In this document: positions 47,531 to 57,014 of the stretch, in pieces
How positions within the stretch are numbered: the stretch's first letter is position 1
Layout of the letters: each line of letters begins with the position of its first letter
NCBI GenBank assembly: GCA_963662655.2
Contig: CAXXTU010000002.1
Coordinates: 3,360,001-3,424,000, forward strand
Direction: 5' to 3'
Source: Candidatus Cloacimonadales bacterium
GTDB lineage: Bacteria > Cloacimonadota > Cloacimonadia > Cloacimonadales > JAIOQZ01
Length of the DNA stretch: 64,000 bases
Translations under genes and position numbers: made by a program
Notes under the pieces: generated by a model
The model's database searches: none
Seen by the model: only the letters and a program-made list of their open reading frames with translations
What the model was told of the DNA's origin: nothing

Positions 47531-47874
47531 GCGCTGTTGCCGTACTTGCGCTCGGTCACGTTCACGATCGCCTGCAACGCGCAGTTCTCCAGCACTTTCT
47601 CGCTCAACGCAGCCTGCAAATCCTGCACCTTCTTCTCCAGCTCCGCGATTGTCTTGTCCTTGTAATCTTCTTTCGCCATGCGACCTCGCTTTTGAGCTCC
47701 CTTGCGTCGCGCCGGCTTCACGGCGTCCTCTTTGATCCAGCGATACAGCGTGCGAACGGATATGTCGTACTGCTCCGCGAGCTCCGCCACGCAGTAGTCG
47801 CTCGTCAGCACGTGATGCAGAACACGCGCCTTCACCTCGCAACGCTTCGCCCGTCGTTTCACATTTTCTCCCAT
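47467..47874 (-). CDS. IS3 OrfA (HTH)
   Basis: VAELAEQYDISVRTLYRWIK plus leucine-zipper-like segment. Confidence 0.85.
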   Translation of the reverse strand: MGENVKRRAKRCEVKARVLHHVLTSDYCVAELAEQYDISVRTLYRWIKEDAVKPARRKGAQKRGRMAKEDYKDKTIAELEKKVQDLQAALSEKVLENCALQAIVNVTERKYGNSAKKKTGSLLSPNVELSRKKEK

Positions 47875-48071
47875 ACCTGAGCCTCCTTCGACCCAACGGT
47901 CAACCTATTTCAGGACGGGACAGTGGTGACGGCAAATGTGACGATCTGGTGACGGATTGGTGACACTTTCGAATTCGCTATAACCGCATGAGGTACTTAC
48001 ATTTACGGCAAAATTGTGACAGTGTGACAGTAAATTTCGATTCTATCTATACCCTTTTAGAGAAAAAAAGG

Positions 48072-48767
48072 TTAGAAGCTGCGTAGCAGATGGACAATGA
48101 CGTCAAAAGATTCTATTGCAGGCAGTTTCACTATATTCGACAGGTTTGAATGCTCGATCAATAGTTTCGTACCGTGGTTTCCAAAGACGACATTCATGAT
48201 CTTGTTGTCGTAAACGACGAGCATACCATTCTCGATTTCAGCGACCATTCGGGTGATGATCACATCCATATCTTCATAGGCTTGACCGTACATTTTCCCA
48301 TCCACGACCCAATATTTATACGCTTCAGGAATATCGATTAGCATGGAGACGGGGAGTCTGATTTCCTTTGGGGTTTCGAATATCGATTTCTCACCGGCAT
48401 CAATGATCCCGGCGAACTCGATGGGGTAGGATTTGTTAGGGGGAGGATTGCCTCTTTCCTTCTCCGTCCGCTGGCCGTATTGATCAACATGAATGATGGA
48501 ACTTTCGTAGGGAAACGCCTTGATTTCTTTGACACATGCAGTGTCATGCTTCTGCTCGAACGGCTTTCCTTCACCGGTTTCGAGCCAATGTATATTGACG
48601 TTGAACTTCACGTTGAGAAGTTCTTTTATGCTATCCGGCATATTTCGGACGTTTTTTTCGTAGTTCGAAATTGCGGTTGATTGTACACCCAAGAGCTTTG
48701 CCAGCTCGACCTGACTTTTTTTCAGCACATCCAACCTTAGATATTTCAAACGATTACCAATATTCAT
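48072..48767 (-). CDS. CI-like repressor (XRE HTH + degenerate S24 domain)
   Basis: IGNRLKYLR...SQVELAKLLGV...ISNYE..R; VNIHWLETGEG; divergent from early operon. Confidence 0.85.
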   Translation of the reverse strand: MNIGNRLKYLRLDVLKKSQVELAKLLGVQSTAISNYEKNVRNMPDSIKELLNVKFNVNIHWLETGEGKPFEQKHDTACVKEIKAFPYESSIIHVDQYGQRTEKERGNPPPNKSYPIEFAGIIDAGEKSIFETPKEIRLPVSMLIDIPEAYKYWVVDGKMYGQAYEDMDVIITRMVAEIENGMLVVYDNKIMNVVFGNHGTKLLIEHSNLSNIVKLPAIESFDVIVHLLRSF

Positions 48768-48779
48768 CATGCTCCCAAC

Positions 48780-48830
48780 ATCCACATTGTGGATTTTCTG
48801 CTTGACATGTCTCCACAATGTGGAGTACAT
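48780..48830 (+). promoter_or_regulatory. Lysis-lysogeny switch: two palindromic operators and rightward promoter
   Basis: ATCCACATTGTGGAT (48780-48794) and CTCCACAATGTGGAG (48811-48825) flank TTGACA at 48802. Confidence 0.75.
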
Positions 48831-48899
48831 TTGTTCCTATATATAACATAATTGTGTAAAAAACAAATTTGTCAACACAGAAATGTGGGGAGCACAAAC

Positions 48900-49241
48900 A
48901 TGAAAGCAATTTTGGAACTACAGATCAAGATGACCGGTGTTTGTGAAATGGATTCTATTCAGAATCTCAACGCAACGCCATTCGGTTGCGACTTGCAACG
49001 ACTTGCGGACAGCTTTTCGGGAAAACTATCGAAATACGACATTCAAACCATTTTCAGACTTCATCCGACATGCGTTGTAACGGCTGAGCTTACCGAACCG
49101 CAAACGTGCCATGAATGCCCCTGTTTCGATCCGAATGCCCGACCGAAATGCCAGGCAGGATATTTCAACGATGAAGAGATTACGGCGGAATACCGTCACC
49201 CCGCCTGTGTACGTGACTGGGGGAAAGCATGTCAATCGTAA
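48900..49241 (+). CDS. Hypothetical early protein, Cys-rich C-terminus
   Basis: RBS GGGGAG; CHECPCF...C...C. Confidence 0.5.
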   Translation: MKAILELQIKMTGVCEMDSIQNLNATPFGCDLQRLADSFSGKLSKYDIQTIFRLHPTCVVTAELTEPQTCHECPCFDPNARPKCQAGYFNDEEITAEYRHPACVRDWGKACQS

Positions 49242-49411
49242 AAGAGCATTTCGAGAAAGAGAAGCGCATTGCGAAAGCTGAGATTAAGAAGCTTTTGAAG
49301 AATGTCGAAGCTGTGAGAAGTGACAACGACACATATCCGACAAAATGCCTGGTGATGGATGTGATTCGTCAGCAGGTGGCACAACTCAACAAGGAGCACT
49401 TCAATGACTGA
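49229..49411 (+). CDS. Small hypothetical protein
   Basis: Overlapping/coupled early-operon ORF. Confidence 0.5.
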   Translation: MSIVKEHFEKEKRIAKAEIKKLLKNVEAVRSDNDTYPTKCLVMDVIRQQVAQLNKEHFND

Positions 49412-49787
49412 CATTATCGTGTTTTATTCTATGATCCTCGTCGCATTTGTCTGCCTGTACCTGATCAGTCGTGCATGGAACAAGGACGTTCATGACAAGG
49501 AAAGCTTCAGGACGGCTAAAATGGCGGCTGAGGATGCACTGGTTACCGTGAAGCATGAGAAACACATCCTGCAGCAATCATACGACCTTTCGGTACAATC
49601 CAGGACTGAACTCAAGAAGCGATTCGAGAAGAAAATCGAGAGGATTAACGAGCTTTGTCGTGAAAAATCAGAGCTGAAGAAGAGGGTAAAACTTCTTGAG
49701 GAAACCGCTAATCCACGCATAGTATTCGATGTGGATACTCAAAAGATGAGCCTGTCGCGCCGTGGCACCAAGCAAGGAGAGCTGTGA
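49404..49787 (+). CDS. Membrane-anchored coiled-coil protein
   Basis: N-terminal TM helix; RBS AAGGAG. Confidence 0.6.
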   Translation: MTDIIVFYSMILVAFVCLYLISRAWNKDVHDKESFRTAKMAAEDALVTVKHEKHILQQSYDLSVQSRTELKKRFEKKIERINELCREKSELKKRVKLLEETANPRIVFDVDTQKMSLSRRGTKQGEL

Positions 49788-50032
49788 TGGGTGCAAAGAA
49801 AGAAGCCGTGACGAAGCTCTCAAGACACCTGGCAATAAGAGAGATGAACAACATATCACTCGATCGTTATGCCCGTAAAATCTACGATGAGATTCAACGA
49901 GATGAGCTTATTGAAGAGATTCTCGACGATTTGGCCGAACAAAGCGAGGAACTAGACAACGTTTCCGACGAGATCGACTCCATTTTTTCACGACTCAAAA
50001 CATGGAGGAAAGAGCATGGAATACACACGTAA
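49784..50032 (+). CDS. Hypothetical protein
   Basis: Coupled ORF; RBS AAGGAG. Confidence 0.55.
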   Translation: MMGAKKEAVTKLSRHLAIREMNNISLDRYARKIYDEIQRDELIEEILDDLAEQSEELDNVSDEIDSIFSRLKTWRKEHGIHT

Positions 50033-50621
50033 GCGATACATTGACCTTTCGTTCGAAAAGGTGCTTACCCCATCAGCATTTTTTAAAGCCTGGATGAAGG
50101 GAGAGCGTGCTTTGCAGAAAGGAACCGCCTTGTTTTGTGATGAAGGTGTTCTGTTCTGGCTCATACATGATGTGGAATTTATCAAAGGGGCCGTTGCAGG
50201 TCAAAGCAAGATCGTATTTATCGACACACGATCAGACCATTCTGAGCCCAACCTTATACAGAAGAAACCGATGGTAAAAGCAGCAATCGATCTTGCGTAC
50301 CATGTAATTTACACTCGAGAATTTCCTTCTTTGTATAGGTATGTCTGCAATATGCACACATCGAATATCGACGCAGGAATGGGTGTTCAACAACTTGGAA
50401 ACACGCTACTTAACACACCATACCGTCAGGTTGGCAAAGAGAAAGAATCGTTATTCAACTTTGGAACGGTTGTAAGCGATCGTTCCGAGGGGCTTGAACG
50501 CAGGAGAAAATTTGCGGGGACCATACTGAGCACAAGGAAAACCGAGAAAGAGAAGCAAGCCATCAGGGAGATCATCAGCAAGCTCGATGCGATGATCGAG
50601 GAGAATAATCATGGCGTTTAA
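50016..50621 (+). CDS. Hypothetical protein
   Basis: RBS GGAGG; 201 aa. Confidence 0.6.
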   Translation: MEYTRKRYIDLSFEKVLTPSAFFKAWMKGERALQKGTALFCDEGVLFWLIHDVEFIKGAVAGQSKIVFIDTRSDHSEPNLIQKKPMVKAAIDLAYHVIYTREFPSLYRYVCNMHTSNIDAGMGVQQLGNTLLNTPYRQVGKEKESLFNFGTVVSDRSEGLERRRKFAGTILSTRKTEKEKQAIREIISKLDAMIEENNHGV

Positions 50622-50865
50622 ACATACACGGGAGTGGACAGATTTCCTTCTGAAGTGCCTGCAAGCAAATCCTGAAGCGATTTCGAGCGGGGGAATCACA
50701 ACCTTTTTGACGCAAAAGCTTCAGGCCAAGGTGGGAAGCTATGCAAGCCTTTCCAGGAGTGAACAAGCCGATTACGATCGAGCGATTCGTGAAGCAGAAA
50801 GACAAGTAAGAATTATGAGGAAGAGGGGCGTTACATGCCAGAACGGAAGAATGAACATATCCTAG
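50611..50865 (+). CDS. Hypothetical protein
   Basis: RBS GAGGAG; coupled. Confidence 0.55.
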   Translation: MAFKHTREWTDFLLKCLQANPEAISSGGITTFLTQKLQAKVGSYASLSRSEQADYDRAIREAERQVRIMRKRGVTCQNGRMNIS

Positions 50866-51101
50866 CCGGGGCCGACATTAAGAAACTACTCGTGGATATC
50901 GACACGTCAGCGATTCGATTCGCTGAAGAGCTCGGTATTGATGTACGTTATATGTATGTCATTACGAACAGCAAAAACAAACAAAAATCTGCCGGAATGC
51001 GTGCAATCATCACGCTGAAGTTCCTGTACATGGCAGGGATCATCACGGACGACCTTTACGATCTGATATACAACAGAGTCAAATCATGCCAGCCACAGTA
51101 A
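50835..51101 (+). CDS. Putative HTH protein
   Basis: IRFAEELGIDVRYMY HTH-like segment. Confidence 0.5.
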   Translation: MPERKNEHILAGADIKKLLVDIDTSAIRFAEELGIDVRYMYVITNSKNKQKSAGMRAIITLKFLYMAGIITDDLYDLIYNRVKSCQPQ

Positions 51102-54100
51102 CAACCCTCCGCAATTACACCGAGATACTTGCTCCCGATCTCTTCGATGTGGTAAAGGAAGAGGTGTCTGTGCTTTCGCTCGCAACCTCTACGGGCGCAA
51201 GCCAGATGAAGAATGGGGCAAGCTCATTCTTCATCAATCCGTCACCATGTTGCGGACACAATAACTGCTTCAGCGTAAACGTGGCGCGAAATCGGTGGAA
51301 ATGCTTCTCGTGCGGTTCGGGAGGATCGGTCATTGACCTTGCAATTGCAATGCGGATGGCAAACGAACCTTATGACGCGGCGAAGATTCTGGCTGAGCGC
51401 AATGGGATTGATACGCATATCGAGGTTTCACCGGAGCGTATTGAGAAGATCAACAAGCTGAAACGGCGGCAGGAAGTGTTCGATGCGGCAACCGAGTACT
51501 ACGTTAACGGCCTGAAGAAAAACCAGAGAGCATTGAAGTATCTCAAAGAGAAGCGGAAACGATCGGATGAAATGATCGAAAAGATGCGTTATGGCTTTTC
51601 TTCCAAGAAAGGTTCACTCTACAAGCATTTACGCGACAAGGGATTTTCCGACGGGGATGCACTGGACTCTGGCCTGTGCAGGCTTCGAAAAGACTCCAAT
51701 CAATTCTATGATCTGTTTTGGGACGACCGGTTGATCTACCCCATTTTCCTTTACGGAAAGCCGGTTGATTTCCTGAGCAAGGCGATTTTCAAAGATAAAT
51801 CAGAAGACTATTACGAACTTAGATTGCCGATTGCCCATCGGATCCAAAGCGCGATCTTCTACAATCAGGACGATGCATTCAGGGACAACTTGATCATTGT
51901 AGAAGGGCCGGAAGACGTGAATTCCGTGCTTCAGGCGGGAGACTTCCACGTAATCGGAACACGGGGGCAGGTTTCCGAAGATCAGATCGCGCTCCTGCAA
52001 AAGAGCTGCAAGGAAAAACGGGTGTTCCTGTGCCTGGATAATGACGGCAACGAAGAAGCCGGAGGTGTGGCGTTTCGTAACAAGCTCATCAATGCTTTGA
52101 GTGACATCGCAATTGTTTCCGTAATCCAATTCCCCGATGATTTCAAGGACATCGACGATTATCTAAAATCCGTGGATAATCCTGGCAAGGAACTTCAACA
52201 ACTCATGGATGAATCAGAAGATGCCATCAGCTTCCGAATCAAATTGCTTCCAACCGAAAGTGAAATGGATCCCAAGAAACGAGAAAAACCATATCGGGAA
52301 GTATTTGAGCTCATCGCCAGGCAGAAGGTTGAACAAACACGCGATGGATATTGCAAGCTGTTTGCGAAGCACGCCGGAACCGAGACGAAAATGCTTGCTT
52401 CCGTGAGGCGAGCAGTAAGAGAAATTCTCACGGGAAAAAGCGAAAGCGAAGAAGATGAGGGCTCTTCCCGATACGGAACGATCGAGAAAAGCGGTCTGAA
52501 GTACATCCGACACAGCAAAGAATCAACAAAGGTAATCTCTAACTTCATACTCGATATTCAGTGCTTTGTGCTCGATGGGAAATCGAGAATATACAAAGTA
52601 CGATTGCAGAACACGGATGGAATATGGAGCAGGGAATTCGACATGGTTGGGGAAGAGCGCGTCAATCCACACATCTTCGGCGCGAGGGCATCGGATCAGG
52701 GATCGTACTACTTCAGCGGGAATTCGGAAGACCTGATTCAAATCTGGCTGATGGAAGAGAAGAACACGACCAGCGACAATGTGATTTCATATCACCAGAG
52801 ATACGGATTTATCAAGGACGATAACCTCTGGCTATTCTCCAACTGCGCATACCGAGACGGCAGATTGTATAAAGCCAACGATGAGGGACAAATCATTATC
52901 GACAGTGTCGGGTACCAGTCGAAAGATGTCAACGTGTATTCTGGTGACGCTCCACAACTTTACCTTGATGAAAAGCCTTCCCACGAATACGTGAAAAAAG
53001 TCGTAATGGACTTCTGGTCGATGTGCGACTCGACGCAAGACTCGCTTGCATCTCCGCATAAGACGTTCAGAGGATTTTTGATTCTCGGATTCATCGCGAC
53101 AACCGTTTACCTCCCCGAGATAACCAAGGCATTCCGAAAGTTCCCGTTTGTGGCCTTATGGGGGCCTTCAGGCACGGGTAAATCCGAAGTAATCCAGCTA
53201 TTGATGAACATTTTCGGTTTCAGACAACCAGGCGAAAGTTGGGATGGGGCAACGATCGCCGGAACCAGCATGGTTGTTTCGCAACTGAGCAGTATTCCTT
53301 ATTGGCTGGAAGAATTCGCGAACGCACCGGCGAGCAATACGAGACAGCGGAAAATGATCGCGGTATTGAAGAATATCTACAACCGGGCCTCGTATAGTGT
53401 CGGTGGTTTGAAAAACACCAGACAAACGCGCGAAGTTCTCTCTTCGATCGTCATAACCGGACAAGCCAGACCGGCCGAACAGGCGTTGTTGTCTCGCTGT
53501 ATCATTCTGCAGAAAGAGAACTACACTGATCCAGGATCAGAAGCTTACAACAGGCTCAGGAAAGACAGGGAAAAGCTTTCATTGGTTCTCCGCTGGTTGA
53601 TTGAAAACAAGACCAAAGAGCGTGTAAACGAACTGATGCTGAGCATAAAGGAATTCATGGATTATATCGAACGCCGTTGTGAAGCGCACGGGCATAATGT
53701 CGATGCGAGAACGCTGGAAAACCTGAGCATTATCGCTGCCGGATTCTGGCTGTTCGAGATTCACGATTTCGATAAGGGATTCAAGGAATGGCTGGTTGAT
53801 CAGGCGAAAGAGGACGTTGAGCGAAAAGGATACGAGGACGTTCTATTTCGATTCTTTGAAGACATCGATACCATGTTCAGCGCTGATATTGATAATGTGG
53901 CCATCTTTGAAGGGCAAAGCACCCTCCACCTGCGGTACAACTATGTTTACGATGAATGGATTCGGAGACATACGATTGAATTCCTTGAGAAGAATTCAAT
54001 CCTCGAATACCTCAAGACAAATCATAGGGCATTGATTCACCGAAGCGCACAAAAATGGTTTTGGATTTACGACAATATAACGAAGCAAAAGAAGAGAAAG

Positions 54101-54211
54101 CAACAACGCTGCATCACAATTAACATTCAGAAATTACCTGAAAAAATTCAGGAGATCATCCTTGGCTGGAGGGGTTACGATGGTACATGCGAAACTAACG
54201 ACTCCGAATGA
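51086..54211 (+). CDS. DnaG-type primase (CHC2 Zn finger + TOPRIM) fused to P-loop helicase
   Basis: PCCGH...WKCFSCG.GG.VID; IVEGPED, LCLDND, KDIDDY; Walker A GPSGTGKS, WLEEF. Confidence 0.88.
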   Translation: MPATVTTLRNYTEILAPDLFDVVKEEVSVLSLATSTGASQMKNGASSFFINPSPCCGHNNCFSVNVARNRWKCFSCGSGGSVIDLAIAMRMANEPYDAAKILAERNGIDTHIEVSPERIEKINKLKRRQEVFDAATEYYVNGLKKNQRALKYLKEKRKRSDEMIEKMRYGFSSKKGSLYKHLRDKGFSDGDALDSGLCRLRKDSNQFYDLFWDDRLIYPIFLYGKPVDFLSKAIFKDKSEDYYELRLPIAHRIQSAIFYNQDDAFRDNLIIVEGPEDVNSVLQAGDFHVIGTRGQVSEDQIALLQKSCKEKRVFLCLDNDGNEEAGGVAFRNKLINALSDIAIVSVIQFPDDFKDIDDYLKSVDNPGKELQQLMDESEDAISFRIKLLPTESEMDPKKREKPYREVFELIARQKVEQTRDGYCKLFAKHAGTETKMLASVRRAVREILTGKSESEEDEGSSRYGTIEKSGLKYIRHSKESTKVISNFILDIQCFVLDGKSRIYKVRLQNTDGIWSREFDMVGEERVNPHIFGARASDQGSYYFSGNSEDLIQIWLMEEKNTTSDNVISYHQRYGFIKDDNLWLFSNCAYRDGRLYKANDEGQIIIDSVGYQSKDVNVYSGDAPQLYLDEKPSHEYVKKVVMDFWSMCDSTQDSLASPHKTFRGFLILGFIATTVYLPEITKAFRKFPFVALWGPSGTGKSEVIQLLMNIFGFRQPGESWDGATIAGTSMVVSQLSSIPYWLEEFANAPASNTRQRKMIAVLKNIYNRASYSVGGLKNTRQTREVLSSIVITGQARPAEQALLSRCIILQKENYTDPGSEAYNRLRKDREKLSLVLRWLIENKTKERVNELMLSIKEFMDYIERRCEAHGHNVDARTLENLSIIAAGFWLFEIHDFDKGFKEWLVDQAKEDVERKGYEDVLFRFFEDIDTMFSADIDNVAIFEGQSTLHLRYNYVYDEWIRRHTIEFLEKNSILEYLKTNHRALIHRSAQKWFWIYDNITKQKKRKQQRCITINIQKLPEKIQEIILGWRGYDGTCETNDSE

Positions 54212-54608
54212 AGAAATCGACGCGATTCTTCGAAAGCTTATCAGGCTATTCGAAGAAGCAATCACAGCACCGGTCTATTACTACCTTGAGGCGTATGAAA
54301 GCGACGTGCTCGACACGATTTACAACAAGCTTGAAGCACTTGAAAAAATCGAGGATATCGACGACCTGAAAGAGAAGTGCAATGATTTCGTTGGTTTTGT
54401 CCGCAAAATTTCAAACCGTGTGCAGCGATCGCCCGAGAGGAACGACATCAACCGGATTCACGCAAAGAAGGCCCAGTTCAATATTTCGGAGAGAGATTAT
54501 CGAAAATTTCTCGGTGTTTATGGAGCGGAAAAATCAACCGATTTGAATTTCATGCAAATCAAGATGGTTGAAAGGCGGATGAGTGAGCGAGCGAATACAG
54601 CTTCATGA
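54180..54608 (+). CDS. Protein with C-terminal Mu GemA-like (DUF1018) segment
   Basis: RIHAKKAQFNISERDYRKFL...KSTDL resembles GemA. Confidence 0.5.
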   Translation: MVHAKLTTPNEEIDAILRKLIRLFEEAITAPVYYYLEAYESDVLDTIYNKLEALEKIEDIDDLKEKCNDFVGFVRKISNRVQRSPERNDINRIHAKKAQFNISERDYRKFLGVYGAEKSTDLNFMQIKMVERRMSERANTAS

Positions 54609-55638
54609 TGAGACCTTGAGCGCTCTCAGGGAGTTCCGTCAGGAGAAAATGGGGCTCGACAACACAAAGGCAACTTCCATCAACACGTATGAGAATTGCC
54701 TGACGCGATTCTTCCGCGAAACAGGAAAGCCGGTTTTGGAGATTGTTTCAGACGATATTCGCGACTACATGCTTGGATTGATTGAATCCAAGGCGAGCAG
54801 GAGCTATCAACGATTGACGGCAACTGCTCTTCGCGGGTTTTTCGGCATTTACTCAAGAAACCACAAAGCCTTGAATCCTGCTACACGATTGAGATCGATC
54901 AGGAGGGAGAACCGGTTCCCCGATATTCCGTCAACGGACGAAGTTGAGCGGATGATTCTTGCTTGCGGAACGGGAAACAAGGATCAGATACGAAATGCCG
55001 CGATTATCGCCTTGCTTGCCGATACGGGAATCAGAGTTGGTGAGCTGGTCGCTCTCAAGGTGGGGAACGTAATACAAGCAGAAAAGCAATTTATTCTGAA
55101 GGTTCCTTCCGAGAAATCAACATCCCAACGGCAAGTTCCGTTCTCTTACATGCGAGAAGGAAGCCTGGTGGCAGAAATCTGGAATGCGTACTGGTCGATT
55201 ATCCGGTTTGTGGAGCAACGGTCATTTAATGATGCGCTATTCACTCAAAGTGAGGAGTACATCAAACGTTTCCAGAAGGCAGATTGGGAGTTGATTAATT
55301 CGCAGCCGATGAAAGGACTCTCCAGAAAGACCATCTTCACCATCGTAAAGAAGGTGGCAGAAATGGCTGAAATCGACAAACCCGTATCACCGCACTCGTT
55401 CAGGCATTTCTACGCGACATATCTCGCGATGGCCAAGACCGATATCATTATTATCAAAGAACGGCTTGGACATGCCAATATCAGCCAGACACAGATATAT
55501 ATTCACTACGCAGACACGTTGACGAAGGACAGCGCAAAAGACAACCCAATGGCAGGAATCCGAACCAAGATCACCGGATTCGTGGAAGCAGGAAAACAAT
55601 TGAGGAGAAATCATGTTGGAAAAAAACGTGAAGTATGA
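54583..55638 (+). CDS. XerC/D-like tyrosine recombinase in early operon
   Basis: SAM-like N-domain; DTGIRVGEL, K, SPHSFRHFYAT, LGHANISQTQIY. Confidence 0.9.
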   Translation: MSERIQLHDETLSALREFRQEKMGLDNTKATSINTYENCLTRFFRETGKPVLEIVSDDIRDYMLGLIESKASRSYQRLTATALRGFFGIYSRNHKALNPATRLRSIRRENRFPDIPSTDEVERMILACGTGNKDQIRNAAIIALLADTGIRVGELVALKVGNVIQAEKQFILKVPSEKSTSQRQVPFSYMREGSLVAEIWNAYWSIIRFVEQRSFNDALFTQSEEYIKRFQKADWELINSQPMKGLSRKTIFTIVKKVAEMAEIDKPVSPHSFRHFYATYLAMAKTDIIIIKERLGHANISQTQIYIHYADTLTKDSAKDNPMAGIRTKITGFVEAGKQLRRNHVGKKREV

Positions 55639-55819
55639 TTTTCACCCGAATGAAGGACTCAGCCCTGAACAAATAGCGAAAATGCTCGGTGTTTGCTCGG
55701 ACAACGTGATTGCACGAATCAAAGAAGGTAAGCTCAAGGGCTTCCGAATGGGGAAGCGTTGGATCGTCCTATATAAAAACCTACAAGAATACATTGAAAA
55801 CGGACAGGAAGACGTATGA
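55613..55819 (+). CDS. Excisionase-like HTH (HTH_17) protein
   Basis: LSPEQIAKMLGV...IKEGKLKGFRMGKRWIV. Confidence 0.8.
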   Translation: MLEKNVKYDFHPNEGLSPEQIAKMLGVCSDNVIARIKEGKLKGFRMGKRWIVLYKNLQEYIENGQEDV

Positions 55820-56088
55820 AACGGAGCGCGAAGAAAACCCACACATCCGATTATATCCCGATGACTGTTGAAATGGTTGCCACGTATCTGAACATAAACG
55901 CGAGGAAGGTTCAGCAGCTTGCAAAAGACGGGTATATTGCGTACTATCACTTGAAAGGCTTCAAGAACGCCATGCGTTTTCGGAAGGAAGACGTTATGGC
56001 ATACGTATTCGACCAGGAAGAACGCGTGATGTCAAATGACGAAATCGAGAAGATCGGCGGGGAGATCAGCAAGGGGATGAGGCTGTGA
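55816..56088 (+). CDS. Second excisionase-like HTH protein
   Basis: MTVEMVATYLNI...KDGYI...RFRKEDV. Confidence 0.8.
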   Translation: MKRSAKKTHTSDYIPMTVEMVATYLNINARKVQQLAKDGYIAYYHLKGFKNAMRFRKEDVMAYVFDQEERVMSNDEIEKIGGEISKGMRL

Positions 56089-57014
56089 TCCGTTCACCCT
56101 TGCGTTATCCGGGCGGAAAGAGCTTTCGCGTGAAGCAGCTCAGGGAATACATGCCGGAATTCACTGAGTATCGTGAACCTTTCGTCGGTGGCGGATCGGT
56201 GTTCTTCTATCTGAAGCATCATCACCCTGACAGGACGTACTGGATTAACGACTCGTTCTATCCATTATGTAACTTCTGGATTCAACTGCGACAAAATGCG
56301 GAAGCAATACGCGACATTGTGCTGCGATGGTATGCCCTCCTGAACGATGAGAACGTACGTAATTCATCGTCCGTGCATCCGATCCCGAGCAGATTCAACG
56401 ACGGAAAGGCATTATTCTATGATTTACGCAGGAACTTCAAGCGTTTACCGGAGACCGGCCGGGCTGCCGCGTTATATTTTCTGAATCGATCGAGCTTTTC
56501 AGGGCTTACGTTTTCCGGTTCATACAGTCAAGAAGCTTACAAAGGTCGGTTTCTTCCTTCAGGGTTCGACAATTTACTCAAGGTGGGTGCGGTACTCGAA
56601 GGTGTATCAATAACTCAAAATTCGTACGACTCGCCAATACACCCGCTCTTGACGGATACAATTCTATCCGGACAGGGAAACGATGTGTTCATCTTCCTCG
56701 ATCCTCCCTACTTCAAGGTATCAAGGAACGATATGTATGGGAGAAACGGATCCCATAACAAGAGTTTCGACCATGAACGATTTGCCGAATTGCTCAAGAA
56801 ATGCCCACATAAATGGATGCTCACAATCGACGATCACCCCGACGCCTACAGGCTGTTCGGATGGGCGAATGTTCACGCGGTGAGTGTAGCGTATCCGCTC
56901 AACGCGAAATCGTGCAAGACACTGAAGAAAACAACCGAACTGCTCATAACTAACTATCCGGTAGCCGTTGAGAAGCAAGGATTACTGGATTTTGCAAAGG
57001 AGATGCCAGCGTGA
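56085..57014 (+). CDS. DNA adenine methyltransferase, Dam/D12 family
   Basis: SPLRYPGGK, EPFVGGGSV, WIND, FLDPPY, ELLITNY. Confidence 0.92.
   Translation: MIRSPLRYPGGKSFRVKQLREYMPEFTEYREPFVGGGSVFFYLKHHHPDRTYWINDSFYPLCNFWIQLRQNAEAIRDIVLRWYALLNDENVRNSSSVHPIPSRFNDGKALFYDLRRNFKRLPETGRAAALYFLNRSSFSGLTFSGSYSQEAYKGRFLPSGFDNLLKVGAVLEGVSITQNSYDSPIHPLLTDTILSGQGNDVFIFLDPPYFKVSRNDMYGRNGSHNKSFDHERFAELLKKCPHKWMLTIDDHPDAYRLFGWANVHAVSVAYPLNAKSCKTLKKTTELLITNYPVAVEKQGLLDFAKEMPA

Larger units (their letters stand above)
46590..47922 (-). mobile_element. IS3-family insertion sequence (1333 bp)
   Basis: Terminal IRs TGTCCCGTCCT(A/G)AAATAG(G)TTGACC; 5'-TG...CA-3' ends; 4-bp target duplication GTGG (46586-46589, 47923-47926). 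Confidence 0.93.
46475..48029. other. Putative phage replication origin (GTGAC[A/G] iterons + AT-rich segment), interrupted by IS
   Basis: Two inverted TGTCAC (46475, 46484); AT-rich 46491-46549; GTGACA/G at 46553, 46564, 46573, 47926, 47938, 47949, 47960, 48016, 48024. Confidence 0.65.
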
